IMG/VR virus record: IMGVR_UViG_3300047472_000449
Source: a virus
Length of the DNA stretch: 64,000 nt
Reading direction: 5' to 3' (one strand)
Below the pieces are notes generated by a model. It had not been told where the DNA came from. It ran no database searches and saw nothing but the letters and a program-made list of their open reading frames with translations. The position numbers and the translations under genes were made by a program. Shown one piece after another: positions 56,006-64,000 of this stretch. Within the stretch, counting starts at the first letter, position 1. Each line of letters begins with the position of its first letter.

Positions 56006-56389
56006 ATGAGCGCACCAAAAGCAGTAAGTCAGCGGCTGATCGGCGTGGAGGCGGAGGTGCTTGAGATGGCCCTTCTGCAACTGGACGACGGCCCTCCTGA
56101 AACCAGGGCGTATGTCGTGGAGCGGCTGCGTCAGGCGCTGAACCTGTCGATTCCAGCTGAAGCCGACCATAGAACCGTTGAGGGAATGGCGCGTGCTGGT
56201 TGGCAGGTTGGCTGTGGAGCCTCGCACAACGGCCTTTGGACTATGCAGCGCGCTCGCCTTCCTTTTGAGTTTGAGAACAAACGGCACTGGTGTACACATA
56301 CCTTTCCTGAGTTGGTGGAAATCGCTGAAGGCTACGATTGGGGGCCGCGTGTCCTTGAGCCATTCGCTCATAAGAGAAGTGATCACTAG
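56006..56389 (+). CDS. Hypothetical protein
   Basis: AAGG RBS. Confidence 0.6.
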   Translation: MSAPKAVSQRLIGVEAEVLEMALLQLDDGPPETRAYVVERLRQALNLSIPAEADHRTVEGMARAGWQVGCGASHNGLWTMQRARLPFEFENKRHWCTHTFPELVEIAEGYDWGPRVLEPFAHKRSDH

Positions 56390-56471
56390 GCATAAATGGC
56401 TTATTATAGTCATCCGGATTGACATAATATCTGTTTAATGGTAATATTATTCAATCAAATGGAGAACCGCC

Positions 56472-56720
56472 ATGTCACTGACCGTCTCGCCTGTGTCCGC
56501 CTACAGTGCTCAGCACTCGGGTAATCGTCAGGCTGCTCCTGCTCAGAAAGCTGCTCAGCCTGCTGAAGCGCTGGCGTTTCAACAAGTCCTGGAGATGGCA
56601 ATGCTCGGCGTGAACCCTGCGGCCTTTGGTGGACCTTCGGTTCAGGCCAAGGCTGTTGAAAAGGCCAAGCCCTTGATTAACGCGCCGACTCCGGCGTCTG
56701 GCTCACGTGGTTACTACTAA
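56472..56720 (+). CDS. Small Ala/Pro/Gln-rich protein
   Basis: GGAG RBS; promoter TTGACA 56419, TAATAT 56442. Confidence 0.6.
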   Translation: MSLTVSPVSAYSAQHSGNRQAAPAQKAAQPAEALAFQQVLEMAMLGVNPAAFGGPSVQAKAVEKAKPLINAPTPASGSRGYY

Positions 56721-56758
56721 TCAGCTTGTTCATCCTCTTAATTTCGAGAAAAATAAGA

Positions 56759-57073
56759 ATGCTCCTGGAAAAATCCTCACCGGTCTTTTTGGCCGCTTTT
56801 GTATTTTTGTCCGGTTGTGCGACTAACTGTTCGCCGGTCATATTGGATCAGGAAATTGTGGAGGTTCATTTCACAATGCATTATCCCGAAAGCTCCAGCA
56901 AGGACTCGTGCCTGGGTGTTACCGAGCGAGTTTTCAGGTTTTCAGATTTTTATGATGCGCAGGGCGTTGAGGTGCATATCCCTCCAGTTGGGTACATTAT
57001 CAAACCTGAAGTTCCCTGTGAGGTTGATTCTCGGACTTTTAATGCGGCGATTGTTCCGATTGATTTTCCCTAG
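56759..57073 (+). CDS. Lipoprotein, tandem family copy 1
   Basis: FLSGC lipobox; FTMHYP...KDSC. Confidence 0.7.
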   Translation: MLLEKSSPVFLAAFVFLSGCATNCSPVILDQEIVEVHFTMHYPESSSKDSCLGVTERVFRFSDFYDAQGVEVHIPPVGYIIKPEVPCEVDSRTFNAAIVPIDFP

Positions 57074-57127
57074 AGCTAGCGGGTTCCTGGCTGGATCTTT
57101 GCTCTATAAATTGTCTATCAGGAAATT

Positions 57128-57448
57128 ATGTCAATGAAGCAAATTACACTTGTCGTTTCTTTGGTAGCCAGCTTCGCAGTGGTGTCGGGTTGCTCCATTG
57201 GTTTCACGAGTAAAACAACAGAAGATCTTCAGTTCACCATGCATCGTTATCCGGCCAGCGCCGGTAAAGACGACGCCTGTGTTCATGTTAGGCAGCGCCT
57301 GTTGAGCATTGAGGAATCTGTCGATGGCAGTGGTTCGAAGCTCGTTTGGCCCAAACTCCAGAACATCGTGAGCACTGGTGCGGCTTGTCAGTCGGACTCG
57401 CGCCCTTTCGATCCAAACATTGTTCCGCCTGCGTATTACCTGCTTTGA
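57128..57448 (+). CDS. Lipoprotein, tandem family copy 2
   Basis: VVSGC; FTMHRYPASAGKDDACVHV. Confidence 0.75.
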   Translation: MSMKQITLVVSLVASFAVVSGCSIGFTSKTTEDLQFTMHRYPASAGKDDACVHVRQRLLSIEESVDGSGSKLVWPKLQNIVSTGAACQSDSRPFDPNIVPPAYYLL

Positions 57449-57527
57449 TTCCAGCTCGGTGCCTGTCGTTATGGCTGGGCGCCGGTTTGTCGTTTTTTAA
57501 ACTCATTCCATTATTCAGAGAAAATCC

Positions 57528-57860
57528 ATGTCCTTGAAAAATTCTGCACTGATTGTTTTGTTGGGTGGCACTGCTCTTTTGGCCGCTCTGTCGGGCTGCT
57601 CGACACCTGTGAATCAAGCAGAACAGAAGCAAAACCATGACATCGAATTCACCATGCACCGTTACCCGGCTAACGCCGGTAAAGACGAGTGCGTGCATGT
57701 CACCAAGCGCCTCATGAGTCTTGCTGAATACCACCCGCTGCATGGCAGTGCGAGCCTGATCACACCGGAATTCGCTTACATCTTCAAGCGGGCGCCTTGC
57801 CAGATCGACTCGCTGCCGCTGGATTCGACGCTTGTACCCTACAACCTGCAAGTGCTTTGA
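57528..57860 (+). CDS. Lipoprotein, tandem family copy 3
   Basis: ALSGC; FTMHRYPANAGKDECVHV. Confidence 0.75.
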   Translation: MSLKNSALIVLLGGTALLAALSGCSTPVNQAEQKQNHDIEFTMHRYPANAGKDECVHVTKRLMSLAEYHPLHGSASLITPEFAYIFKRAPCQIDSLPLDSTLVPYNLQVL

Positions 57861-57869
57861 GGGCAAACC

Positions 57870-58241
57870 ATGAGTGATGCCAACACTGTCGGCGTGAAGC
57901 CTTACGGCTACGTCAATCCTAAAGGCTGCGGCCACACGTCCACGATCAAACCAGAGGCGGAAGGTGATTACACCCAGCCCGTCTTTACCCAGGTCGATGA
58001 TACGTCTGCTGAGCTGGCGCGTTACAAGCGTCTGTACGACCTTGAGTTGGCCCGCGCCATCAAGGCTGAGGGGGAGCTGATGGCGTTGACGTGGGCACAA
58101 GTCAACTGTGATGAAACACGCAAGCTGGCGTTGGTGATGGAAAAGGCCCGCTCCATTCTTTGTTCTGGTCAGTTCGATGAACTGGATGAATATCTGGAGC
58201 AGCTGGGTGTGATTGATGGCGCCGTCGAAACGTCAGTGTGA
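57870..58241 (+). CDS. Phage-type hypothetical protein
   Basis: GAGG RBS; coiled coil. Confidence 0.6.
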   Translation: MSDANTVGVKPYGYVNPKGCGHTSTIKPEAEGDYTQPVFTQVDDTSAELARYKRLYDLELARAIKAEGELMALTWAQVNCDETRKLALVMEKARSILCSGQFDELDEYLEQLGVIDGAVETSV

Positions 58242-58299
58242 TTGACATTGGCGGCAACATTGGCTATAATCCACTCAACTTCAAGAAGGATCTTTCTCC

Positions 58300-58986
58300 A
58301 TGACCGAGCGCTTGCTGTCTCCACTGTCCACCCTGCATGAATGCGCCAAGCGTTTGCGCGCTGTGGCAAAAGATGAGTTCGGTCTGACCGTTTCCCGTGA
58401 TGACGTGCTGAAGGCATTGTTGTCCAGTCATAACGTCAGCACCGAGGCGCAGTACAAGCAAAAGCTGGATATCCAGGGTTTGGAACGCATTCAGCCTTCC
58501 TGCAATGGGATGAACCCCATTGAAGAGATCACGCACCTGATGAAAGAAGCGCTGCGCAACGCGCTGGCCGTGGAATCGCCGACCAGTATGGTGTTGATGG
58601 AATACATCCACCGTTTCTCGCAGCGTAAAACGACCTTCAATTTTTTCTGGGAAATGGATGATTCAGGGCTGACCGCCGCACTCAATGCGGTGATGATCGG
58701 CTTGGCGGATCAACGCTTGATGGAAGTCGCAAAGACAGTCAATCAGCATGCTTACGAATTCGACGAAGAGGATTTGTCTGCAAGCGAGTATTGGGGCAAG
58801 GCGGTTAATTATGCCGTGCTCTCGTTCGAGATGAGCCTGAACATGGCGTTGAGCCGCAAGCGTCAAACCAAGCAGCTGCTGGAGTTTTACAGTGAGCACG
58901 CTGTGACTGATCTGATTCGCTCGCGCCAATACCATGCGGCGGTTGAGCATGCCGTGGTCAACCTCGATTGGTTTTGCGGTCCTTGA
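58300..58986 (+). CDS. Hypothetical protein, glyoxalase-superfamily-like N-terminus
   Basis: 'L...AKRLR...G..VSRDDVLK' pattern; promoter 58242/58265. Confidence 0.65.
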   Translation: MTERLLSPLSTLHECAKRLRAVAKDEFGLTVSRDDVLKALLSSHNVSTEAQYKQKLDIQGLERIQPSCNGMNPIEEITHLMKEALRNALAVESPTSMVLMEYIHRFSQRKTTFNFFWEMDDSGLTAALNAVMIGLADQRLMEVAKTVNQHAYEFDEEDLSASEYWGKAVNYAVLSFEMSLNMALSRKRQTKQLLEFYSEHAVTDLIRSRQYHAAVEHAVVNLDWFCGP

Positions 58987-59002
58987 TTGGCCGGGAGTCA
59001 TC

Positions 59003-59449
59003 ATGAGCAACCGAAAAACTGCCCGTCAGCTGCGCCGTGAATGGTGGCTTCTGTGTATCCGTGAGCGCCCCGAGGGGCGCTTGATCAATTGTCAGGGCGG
59101 CATGGTCATGGACGACGACTTGCGCTACCTGATTGATGAGGGTGTAGTCGGTATCAAACGCCTTGTGGCGCACGGCATGCGCAAATTCACTATGGTGTTC
59201 CTCAAGGACGGTTCAACTAATCCGGTCGGTCCGGTGGTTTGCCCCTGCTGCAAGCGGATGCATTACCAAACCAAGGGCTTGATTCATAAGATGTCCTGCG
59301 TTGTGCCTAATAGCTACAATTCGGGCGCTTACCAGGGCATCGCCCTAGAGCGCTGCAAAAGGGACATGGGGCCGCTCAGTTACGTGTCATGGACTGGTGT
59401 GAACGAGCAAAGCGAGCGCTATATCGTTCCTGGTCGAGTCATTTACTGA
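59003..59449 (+). CDS. Basic Cys-rich protein, family copy 3
   Basis: MSNRKTARQLRREWWLLCIRE...NPVG.V.CPCCKR...HK.SC. Confidence 0.75.
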   Translation: MSNRKTARQLRREWWLLCIRERPEGRLINCQGGMVMDDDLRYLIDEGVVGIKRLVAHGMRKFTMVFLKDGSTNPVGPVVCPCCKRMHYQTKGLIHKMSCVVPNSYNSGAYQGIALERCKRDMGPLSYVSWTGVNEQSERYIVPGRVIY

Positions 59450-59476
59450 TCCAGGGTCGCGATCACAAAACCCGGC

Positions 59477-59494
59477 AAATTGCCGGGTTTTTTA
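59477..59494 (+). terminator. Intrinsic terminator
   Basis: AAAACCCGGCAA-TTGCCGGGTTTT stem followed by a T-run. Confidence 0.7.
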
Positions 59495-59617
59495 TTGGCG
59501 AGTGTTTTTTCAGCGACCCGTTAGCGGTCGATCTTCCGGGTCGCTGGCAATAAAAATCCCCTAAGCGACTTCTCCGACAGCGCGGATCAGCCGATAGGGG
59601 CCATGCTTATGCGATGG

Positions 59618-60385
59618 TTACTCCGGAAAAACAGCCTTTCGAATCAGCATGTCGATGAAGATGTAGCGCGACTGAAGTCCGCGAAGGTGTCGAGGCAGGT
59701 CGTCGATTATGCCCTCAGCCAATGCTTTTGCTGCCTTTTCCGCGCTGTCGTTGCGCTGTTCAGCCAGCAGCTGCGGCGCCATTTCCTTCAATGCTTCGAA
59801 GCGTGGATCGGCGAACACGATAGTCCACATTTGCGCCCGTTTTTCGCGGGAATACGGCGAAATCAGCCAATGGGCCAATGCATTTGGGTTGATCGAACTT
59901 ACTCGCTTCGATACATCCAGCAAGTCCCCATCGGCAGAAGCCAGTAGCTTGTAGACCAGAGCCAATGCCCCGGCAATAGGCGTCACATCACTCTCGACAT
60001 ACGTCGGGTCATCGCGATACAACGAGCGTATGTAGGCACCATGGGTCTGCCAAAGGGCCGAGTTTTGCACATAGGCCTCTTTGGCGTCCTGATCATCCAG
60101 GGCAGCCCTGATCTGCTCATCAGTCTTTCGGTAATCGTTGATCAGCGTTGGCGTCCAATCCACATTTTTCTTGCTGCGCTCGTGAAGCACGGCATTGGGC
60201 GGATTGAGCGACAGGCGAATTTCGGCGTGGCAGAGCGTGTCGCGAAAGCGATGAACGCCCGGCTTGATTTCCTGCATGTAATGCATGTTTTCAGAAACGC
60301 GCCCAGGCTGAAAGCCGTGCTGTGTCTGGCATGCCGATTGTAGCGCCTCAAACAGCGAGTTGACGTGATCTGTGTCCATACTCAT
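59618..60385 (-). CDS. Hypothetical protein
   Basis: 255 aa ORF. Confidence 0.7.
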   Translation of the reverse strand: MSMDTDHVNSLFEALQSACQTQHGFQPGRVSENMHYMQEIKPGVHRFRDTLCHAEIRLSLNPPNAVLHERSKKNVDWTPTLINDYRKTDEQIRAALDDQDAKEAYVQNSALWQTHGAYIRSLYRDDPTYVESDVTPIAGALALVYKLLASADGDLLDVSKRVSSINPNALAHWLISPYSREKRAQMWTIVFADPRFEALKEMAPQLLAEQRNDSAEKAAKALAEGIIDDLPRHLRGLQSRYIFIDMLIRKAVFPE

Positions 60386-60415
60386 GCCCTGCCCTTGTAA
60401 TTGATGAGAAGCAGA

Positions 60416-60670
60416 TTACTTGACCCTGAACTGTTCAGTCCAGGTTTGCACACTGCCGCCACAGTCCATCACCTCTTTGACCCGACTGCCGCAGATGGCA
60501 ATGCCGAATTCGCGAATCCAGTTGATTCCCAGCTGGGCCATGTCCATCTGGCGAGTCAGTTCCGCTTTTGGTGGCGTTTTCTTCGCCGCCAGATCACTTA
60601 CCGTGGCCAGGGTGCAGTCCGTCAGGTAGTAGAGCGCGTCTTGCGCGGTGCGAACGTTGTGTCTGTGCAT
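60416..60670 (-). CDS. Small hypothetical protein
   Basis: Likely start MHRHNVR. Confidence 0.5.
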   Translation of the reverse strand: MHRHNVRTAQDALYYLTDCTLATVSDLAAKKTPPKAELTRQMDMAQLGINWIREFGIAICGSRVKEVMDCGGSVQTWTEQFRVK

Positions 60671-60862
60671 GAAGATTCCAGGGCAAATGGCCCGAAGAGC
60701 AGTTGTTATGATGGGATTATTATGGCCATGCGATGCAAATTTGTCAATGATGCAAACCAGCAAAGAACTCCGTTCATCGGCAATCAGAATGTTTTTGGTA
60801 TTGACAATTGAGCAGGAGTTGGTCATACTGAGCGCCTACTTCAGAACATCGAGATTCAGACC

Positions 60863-61075
60863 ATGGCTAATCAAGCGCCTCTGTACGTTGAGCAAATCAA
60901 TACCTCGCTGCTCTCGGTCGGCACGCTGTTCAAAGACCTTGAAAAAGCGTCCAGCGCCCTGAGTGCTGCCGATGTTGATGAGGCGAAAGCCCTGTTGAAT
61001 CACGTGCGCAACCTCAAGTGTGAGCTGGCCAGCCTTGAAAGCCTGCTCTCCAGTCGAATTCACGAGGAAGAGTAA
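60863..61075 (+). CDS. Small coiled-coil protein
   Basis: Promoter TTGACA 60801, CATACT 60824. Confidence 0.6.
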   Translation: MANQAPLYVEQINTSLLSVGTLFKDLEKASSALSAADVDEAKALLNHVRNLKCELASLESLLSSRIHEEE

Positions 61076-61237
61076 CCACCGCTGGCCACCTTCCATTGAA
61101 AATGGGTTACGGCCACAAGCGACACTGATGCAACAGTTACCAGCAATGACCCGGCGCAGTCCGGGTTTTGTTGTATTCAAAACAAAAAGACAAGTTCCAT
61201 CCTTTCGGTATATAATTTGCCGAAAAGGAGCCACTTG

Positions 61238-61993
61238 ATGTCACAAACTATTGATCATGATGCCTTATTGGATTACTTGCCTTCCGAGGTTTCCAAGCAA
61301 GACCCTTATTTCTATAATCCGTTTGACTTGCCACTGCCTGACTCTGGTTTATACAAGGCAGAAGAGAAAGTCGCCTCTATTATCGAGAAAATCCAGCCAA
61401 TTACCGAGCCGGTTGAAATTACTCGGTTCGATGACAAGCATCTGGTCGTCAAGATTGGGCTGCACACGGCGGTGCTCAATAAAAGCGATTTTCATCAAGG
61501 GGTGGCTTGCGAATTGGGTACAAGCACCTTGGGAGACTACACGGTAGTAACGGTCAGCGGAAACTTCGTCAAACGGTCTGACTATCAGGCAAATAGCAAT
61601 CTGGTCTTGGCATTCTCCCAGGCCGAGCACGCTGAGCAATTTAAAAACGACTTGTTGCTCGCGTACCTTGGCGGTGAAAGCCTGGAGGGGCTTACTAATC
61701 CGTCCTCGGTCGAAACTTACAGGAATAGGCCGTCTCGACCTCTTGTGGATTGGCATTACGCGAGTTTGGTTATAGGAAGTGTTATCACAGGAATTGTTAT
61801 TTCATCAGTCCTTATTGCGCTGGCAGGAACAACTAAGCCTGTGTCTGCTGAATATGATGGCCCGACCATCGAAACGATAACAAAACTGCGAGAAATGACC
61901 GATGGGCCAAGGCTTCAATTGCAGGACCGTCCAGCCCAGGATGCTGGGTTGTTCGAGCCGCCAGCCGAAGAGCCGGAACCGGAGTTGAGATAA
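61238..61993 (+). CDS. Membrane-anchored hypothetical protein
   Basis: AAGGAG RBS; one TM segment near the C-terminus. Confidence 0.7.
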   Translation: MSQTIDHDALLDYLPSEVSKQDPYFYNPFDLPLPDSGLYKAEEKVASIIEKIQPITEPVEITRFDDKHLVVKIGLHTAVLNKSDFHQGVACELGTSTLGDYTVVTVSGNFVKRSDYQANSNLVLAFSQAEHAEQFKNDLLLAYLGGESLEGLTNPSSVETYRNRPSRPLVDWHYASLVIGSVITGIVISSVLIALAGTTKPVSAEYDGPTIETITKLREMTDGPRLQLQDRPAQDAGLFEPPAEEPEPELR

Positions 61994-62027
61994 ACAAAAA
62001 TCCCCTTGTGAAGGGGATTTTTTGTGA

Positions 62028-62741
62028 TCAGGGTGTCAACAAATCAGAAAGGTTGAAGGCTTTGCGCTCTTTGAGACGCGGTGCTTCAGGCTTACCCACA
62101 CCGCTGAACTCTGCGATTTCACTGTACAGGCCTGAATTGTTGACATACGTCTTTTCATCGACCCGTACAACATCCCCGGTAACTACTCCTTTGTGTTCGC
62201 TGACCGCTTGCAGTGTTTTTTGAAGATCAAATGTATTGGGCGCTTCGATGCTGGCTCCTTTTTGGTAGTAGCCTTGGCTGTCCAGCGTTTTAACGGCGTC
62301 CGCATTACCGGCTTTAGCTTTCCACACAAGATCTTGATCAGGCGCCATTTCGTCGAGCTTATAAATGTCTACTGTCTTGCTGTACAAGGTGGGCAACGCA
62401 AACTCGAACTCATTCTTAATCGAGATTCCATGATTGATGCAGTGTTCGCGAACGGCGGTTACCTGCTCCATCAGGGACAGCACTGGTGCGCTGGCTTCCT
62501 GACGAATGTATGGCATGTTCAAGTTCCCGGAGATCAAGCGCCGAGCGATAGAAACTTCGGCAGGCTCATCCTTGTTATTGATCGATCCAATGTACTGAGG
62601 CTGATCGGAATCCAGTGTTGATGAAAGGATAAATCGTATAGAAGGTCTGTTATGACCATCTTGGCCAATCAGCTCTGTTCTGGCCAATCCAGACTCAATT
62701 GCGCCTTTGACTAATTCAAGTATTTGTTTTGTGGGGCTCAT
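62028..62741 (-). CDS. Hypothetical protein
   Basis: GGGAG RBS; 237 aa. Confidence 0.7.
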   Translation of the reverse strand: MSPTKQILELVKGAIESGLARTELIGQDGHNRPSIRFILSSTLDSDQPQYIGSINNKDEPAEVSIARRLISGNLNMPYIRQEASAPVLSLMEQVTAVREHCINHGISIKNEFEFALPTLYSKTVDIYKLDEMAPDQDLVWKAKAGNADAVKTLDSQGYYQKGASIEAPNTFDLQKTLQAVSEHKGVVTGDVVRVDEKTYVNNSGLYSEIAEFSGVGKPEAPRLKERKAFNLSDLLTP

Positions 62742-62882
62742 CTTTTACTCCCTGTGTTTTATCTATTATAGCATTTTTGGAAGTCACTAAATTAATGGTA
62801 GACCCTTCTCATTGAGAAAACACCATTGACAAAATCTGTTATTCTGAGTATAATACATACCATCAGATAATGGAGTATTCCA

Positions 62883-63191
62883 ATGCCCTTCCCTCCGGTT
62901 GCACAAGCGCTATTTGATCAAATGGGTGGTCGTCGTTTGACTGCCAAGGCCGGTGCTCTGTTCTGCGCTATCAGAGGTGGCATGGGTCTGATGATCGAAT
63001 TGCCGCCCGAAACCAGCAACGGTGTGAAGGGCGTTGAGATTGTCCTGGATAAACGGACTGATGCCTATGATGTGGTTTTCAGGAAGTACCTCGCCGATGG
63101 TGCGCAAGATCCCATTTGCGAGACCGACATCCACGTCGATAACCTCCAGGCACTTTTCACTCGCCACACAGGGCTTGCTATCCCGCTCTGA
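62883..63191 (+). CDS. Conserved small phage/plasmid-type protein
   Basis: 'A..L..Q.GG.R...D.Y.V.F...D.L...F...TGL' pattern; GGAG RBS; promoter 62826/62849. Confidence 0.65.
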   Translation: MPFPPVAQALFDQMGGRRLTAKAGALFCAIRGGMGLMIELPPETSNGVKGVEIVLDKRTDAYDVVFRKYLADGAQDPICETDIHVDNLQALFTRHTGLAIPL

Positions 63192-63256
63192 GCGCTCCCT
63201 TTGGTGCAAAGACTGAAGACAGGGCGAGGTTGGCCCTTCGCCCTGTCTTCAGGCCA

Positions 63257-63544
63257 TCAAGCCGGTGTTGGCTCAGGCGTGGTGACCGGTTGCTCAATCG
63301 GCGGATAGGCTGCAAGCCGCTCATTTATAGCCGCCCCGCTCTTTCCACCTAAGTGCTCCTTAATCATTTCCTGATAGTTTTGAACACCCACTTCTTCGGC
63401 AATGTGCTCTGCCTCAGCGCTCGGTGTCCCAGCGGCTTTCAGCATCCGTTGCAGGGCGAATGCCCCTCGGATACCGACTGATCCAACGTGCTGAATGCCG
63501 TTGATCATCCCTTGTGCATCGTCTTTATCGCTCATGTTCATCAC
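63257..63544 (-). CDS. Small hypothetical protein
   Basis: 95 aa ORF ending at a 15-bp-stem hairpin (~63215-63255). Confidence 0.55.
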   Translation of the reverse strand: MMNMSDKDDAQGMINGIQHVGSVGIRGAFALQRMLKAAGTPSAEAEHIAEEVGVQNYQEMIKEHLGGKSGAAINERLAAYPPIEQPVTTPEPTPA

Positions 63545-63695
63545 CAGCTGTTGACGTGTGAGGGTGGCTCAACCCAAGACTCTGACCGCAGCCGTGGGCG
63601 CCACCTACGGTTCTATCAGAACCGTTTGTCGCCAGCAACCCACCCCGCCAGACTGTCGTCTGAATTGGCCAGCAGGTGCTTGGGCTTCCTCCTGC

Positions 63696-63926
63696 CTATG
63701 CCGCGAGTTCATTCGCTCGTTGATTCAGGGCGGCTTTTGCTTCCAGCACCCATTGTTCGGACTCAACCATATCCAGTCGCTTGTCCAGGCTGGCCAACTC
63801 AATGATCCCGGCGATGCGTGAAAACTTCAGCGTCGCCATTACCTGTGATTGTGCCTTCTGGATCTCTTGGATGTGGCGCTCGATCAGTGCGTAGATCTGA
63901 TCTTTGTTTAATGGGTGCTCACTCAT
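63696..63926 (-). CDS. Small coiled-coil protein
   Basis: GGAG RBS. Confidence 0.55.
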   Translation of the reverse strand: MSEHPLNKDQIYALIERHIQEIQKAQSQVMATLKFSRIAGIIELASLDKRLDMVESEQWVLEAKAALNQRANELAA

Positions 63927-64000
63927 GCCGCTTGCTCCAGGAATTAATGATGATCGGCTAGCGCCGCCCTATGACCTTTTTATCGAGTCATCCCATAATT

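Noticed and set aside
56472-56720. FlgM/flagellar-substrate mimic
   Set aside because: Only low-complexity composition and a vague FQQVL motif; insufficient support.
57288-58100. 270-aa minus-strand ORF
   Set aside because: Shadow of the lipoprotein array.
1-64000. tRNA, rRNA, IS/transposase, integrase, oriV iterons, oriT
   Set aside because: No supporting sequence seen. Long hairpins at about 51146-51175, 59510-59548 and 63215-63255 lie between convergent genes and fit terminators.

Overview
Gene-dense, moderately GC-rich accessory region of a large mobile element, most likely a Pseudomonas-like megaplasmid; a jumbo phage or ICE cannot be excluded. I found no rRNA, tRNA, transposase, integrase, virion, replication or conjugation genes. 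The window holds about 115 mostly small, phage/plasmid-type CDSs in strand-coherent blocks, driven by more than 20 near-consensus sigma70 promoters. Recognisable genes are class Ia RNR beta subunit (nrdB, no nrdA in the window), alkB, a Nudix hydrolase, a TacAT-type GNAT/DUF1778 TA pair, orphan antitoxins (truncated HicB, Panacea, a possible VapB-like fragment), a secreted His-Me-finger toxin with probable immunity gene, an R2K-type ATP-grasp plus NDT-like/Nudix operon, a PTP-like phosphatase, a Sel1 protein, a trypsin-like lipoprotein and an orphan PD-(D/E)XK nuclease. The most novel signals are: (1) a three-copy unit of promoter, small peptide ORF, ~200-nt covarying structured RNA and terminator at 32.3-34.5 kb; (2) a TGTCA-N7-TGACA palindrome overlapping the -35 box of many promoters, a candidate element-wide regulon; (3) a stand-alone 52-aa peptide resembling the NrdA C-terminal redox tail; (4) a perfect 32-bp palindrome resembling protelomerase targets. 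All family assignments come from motif recognition by eye, without database searches. Some starts were moved from the ORF track to the ATG with a better RBS.
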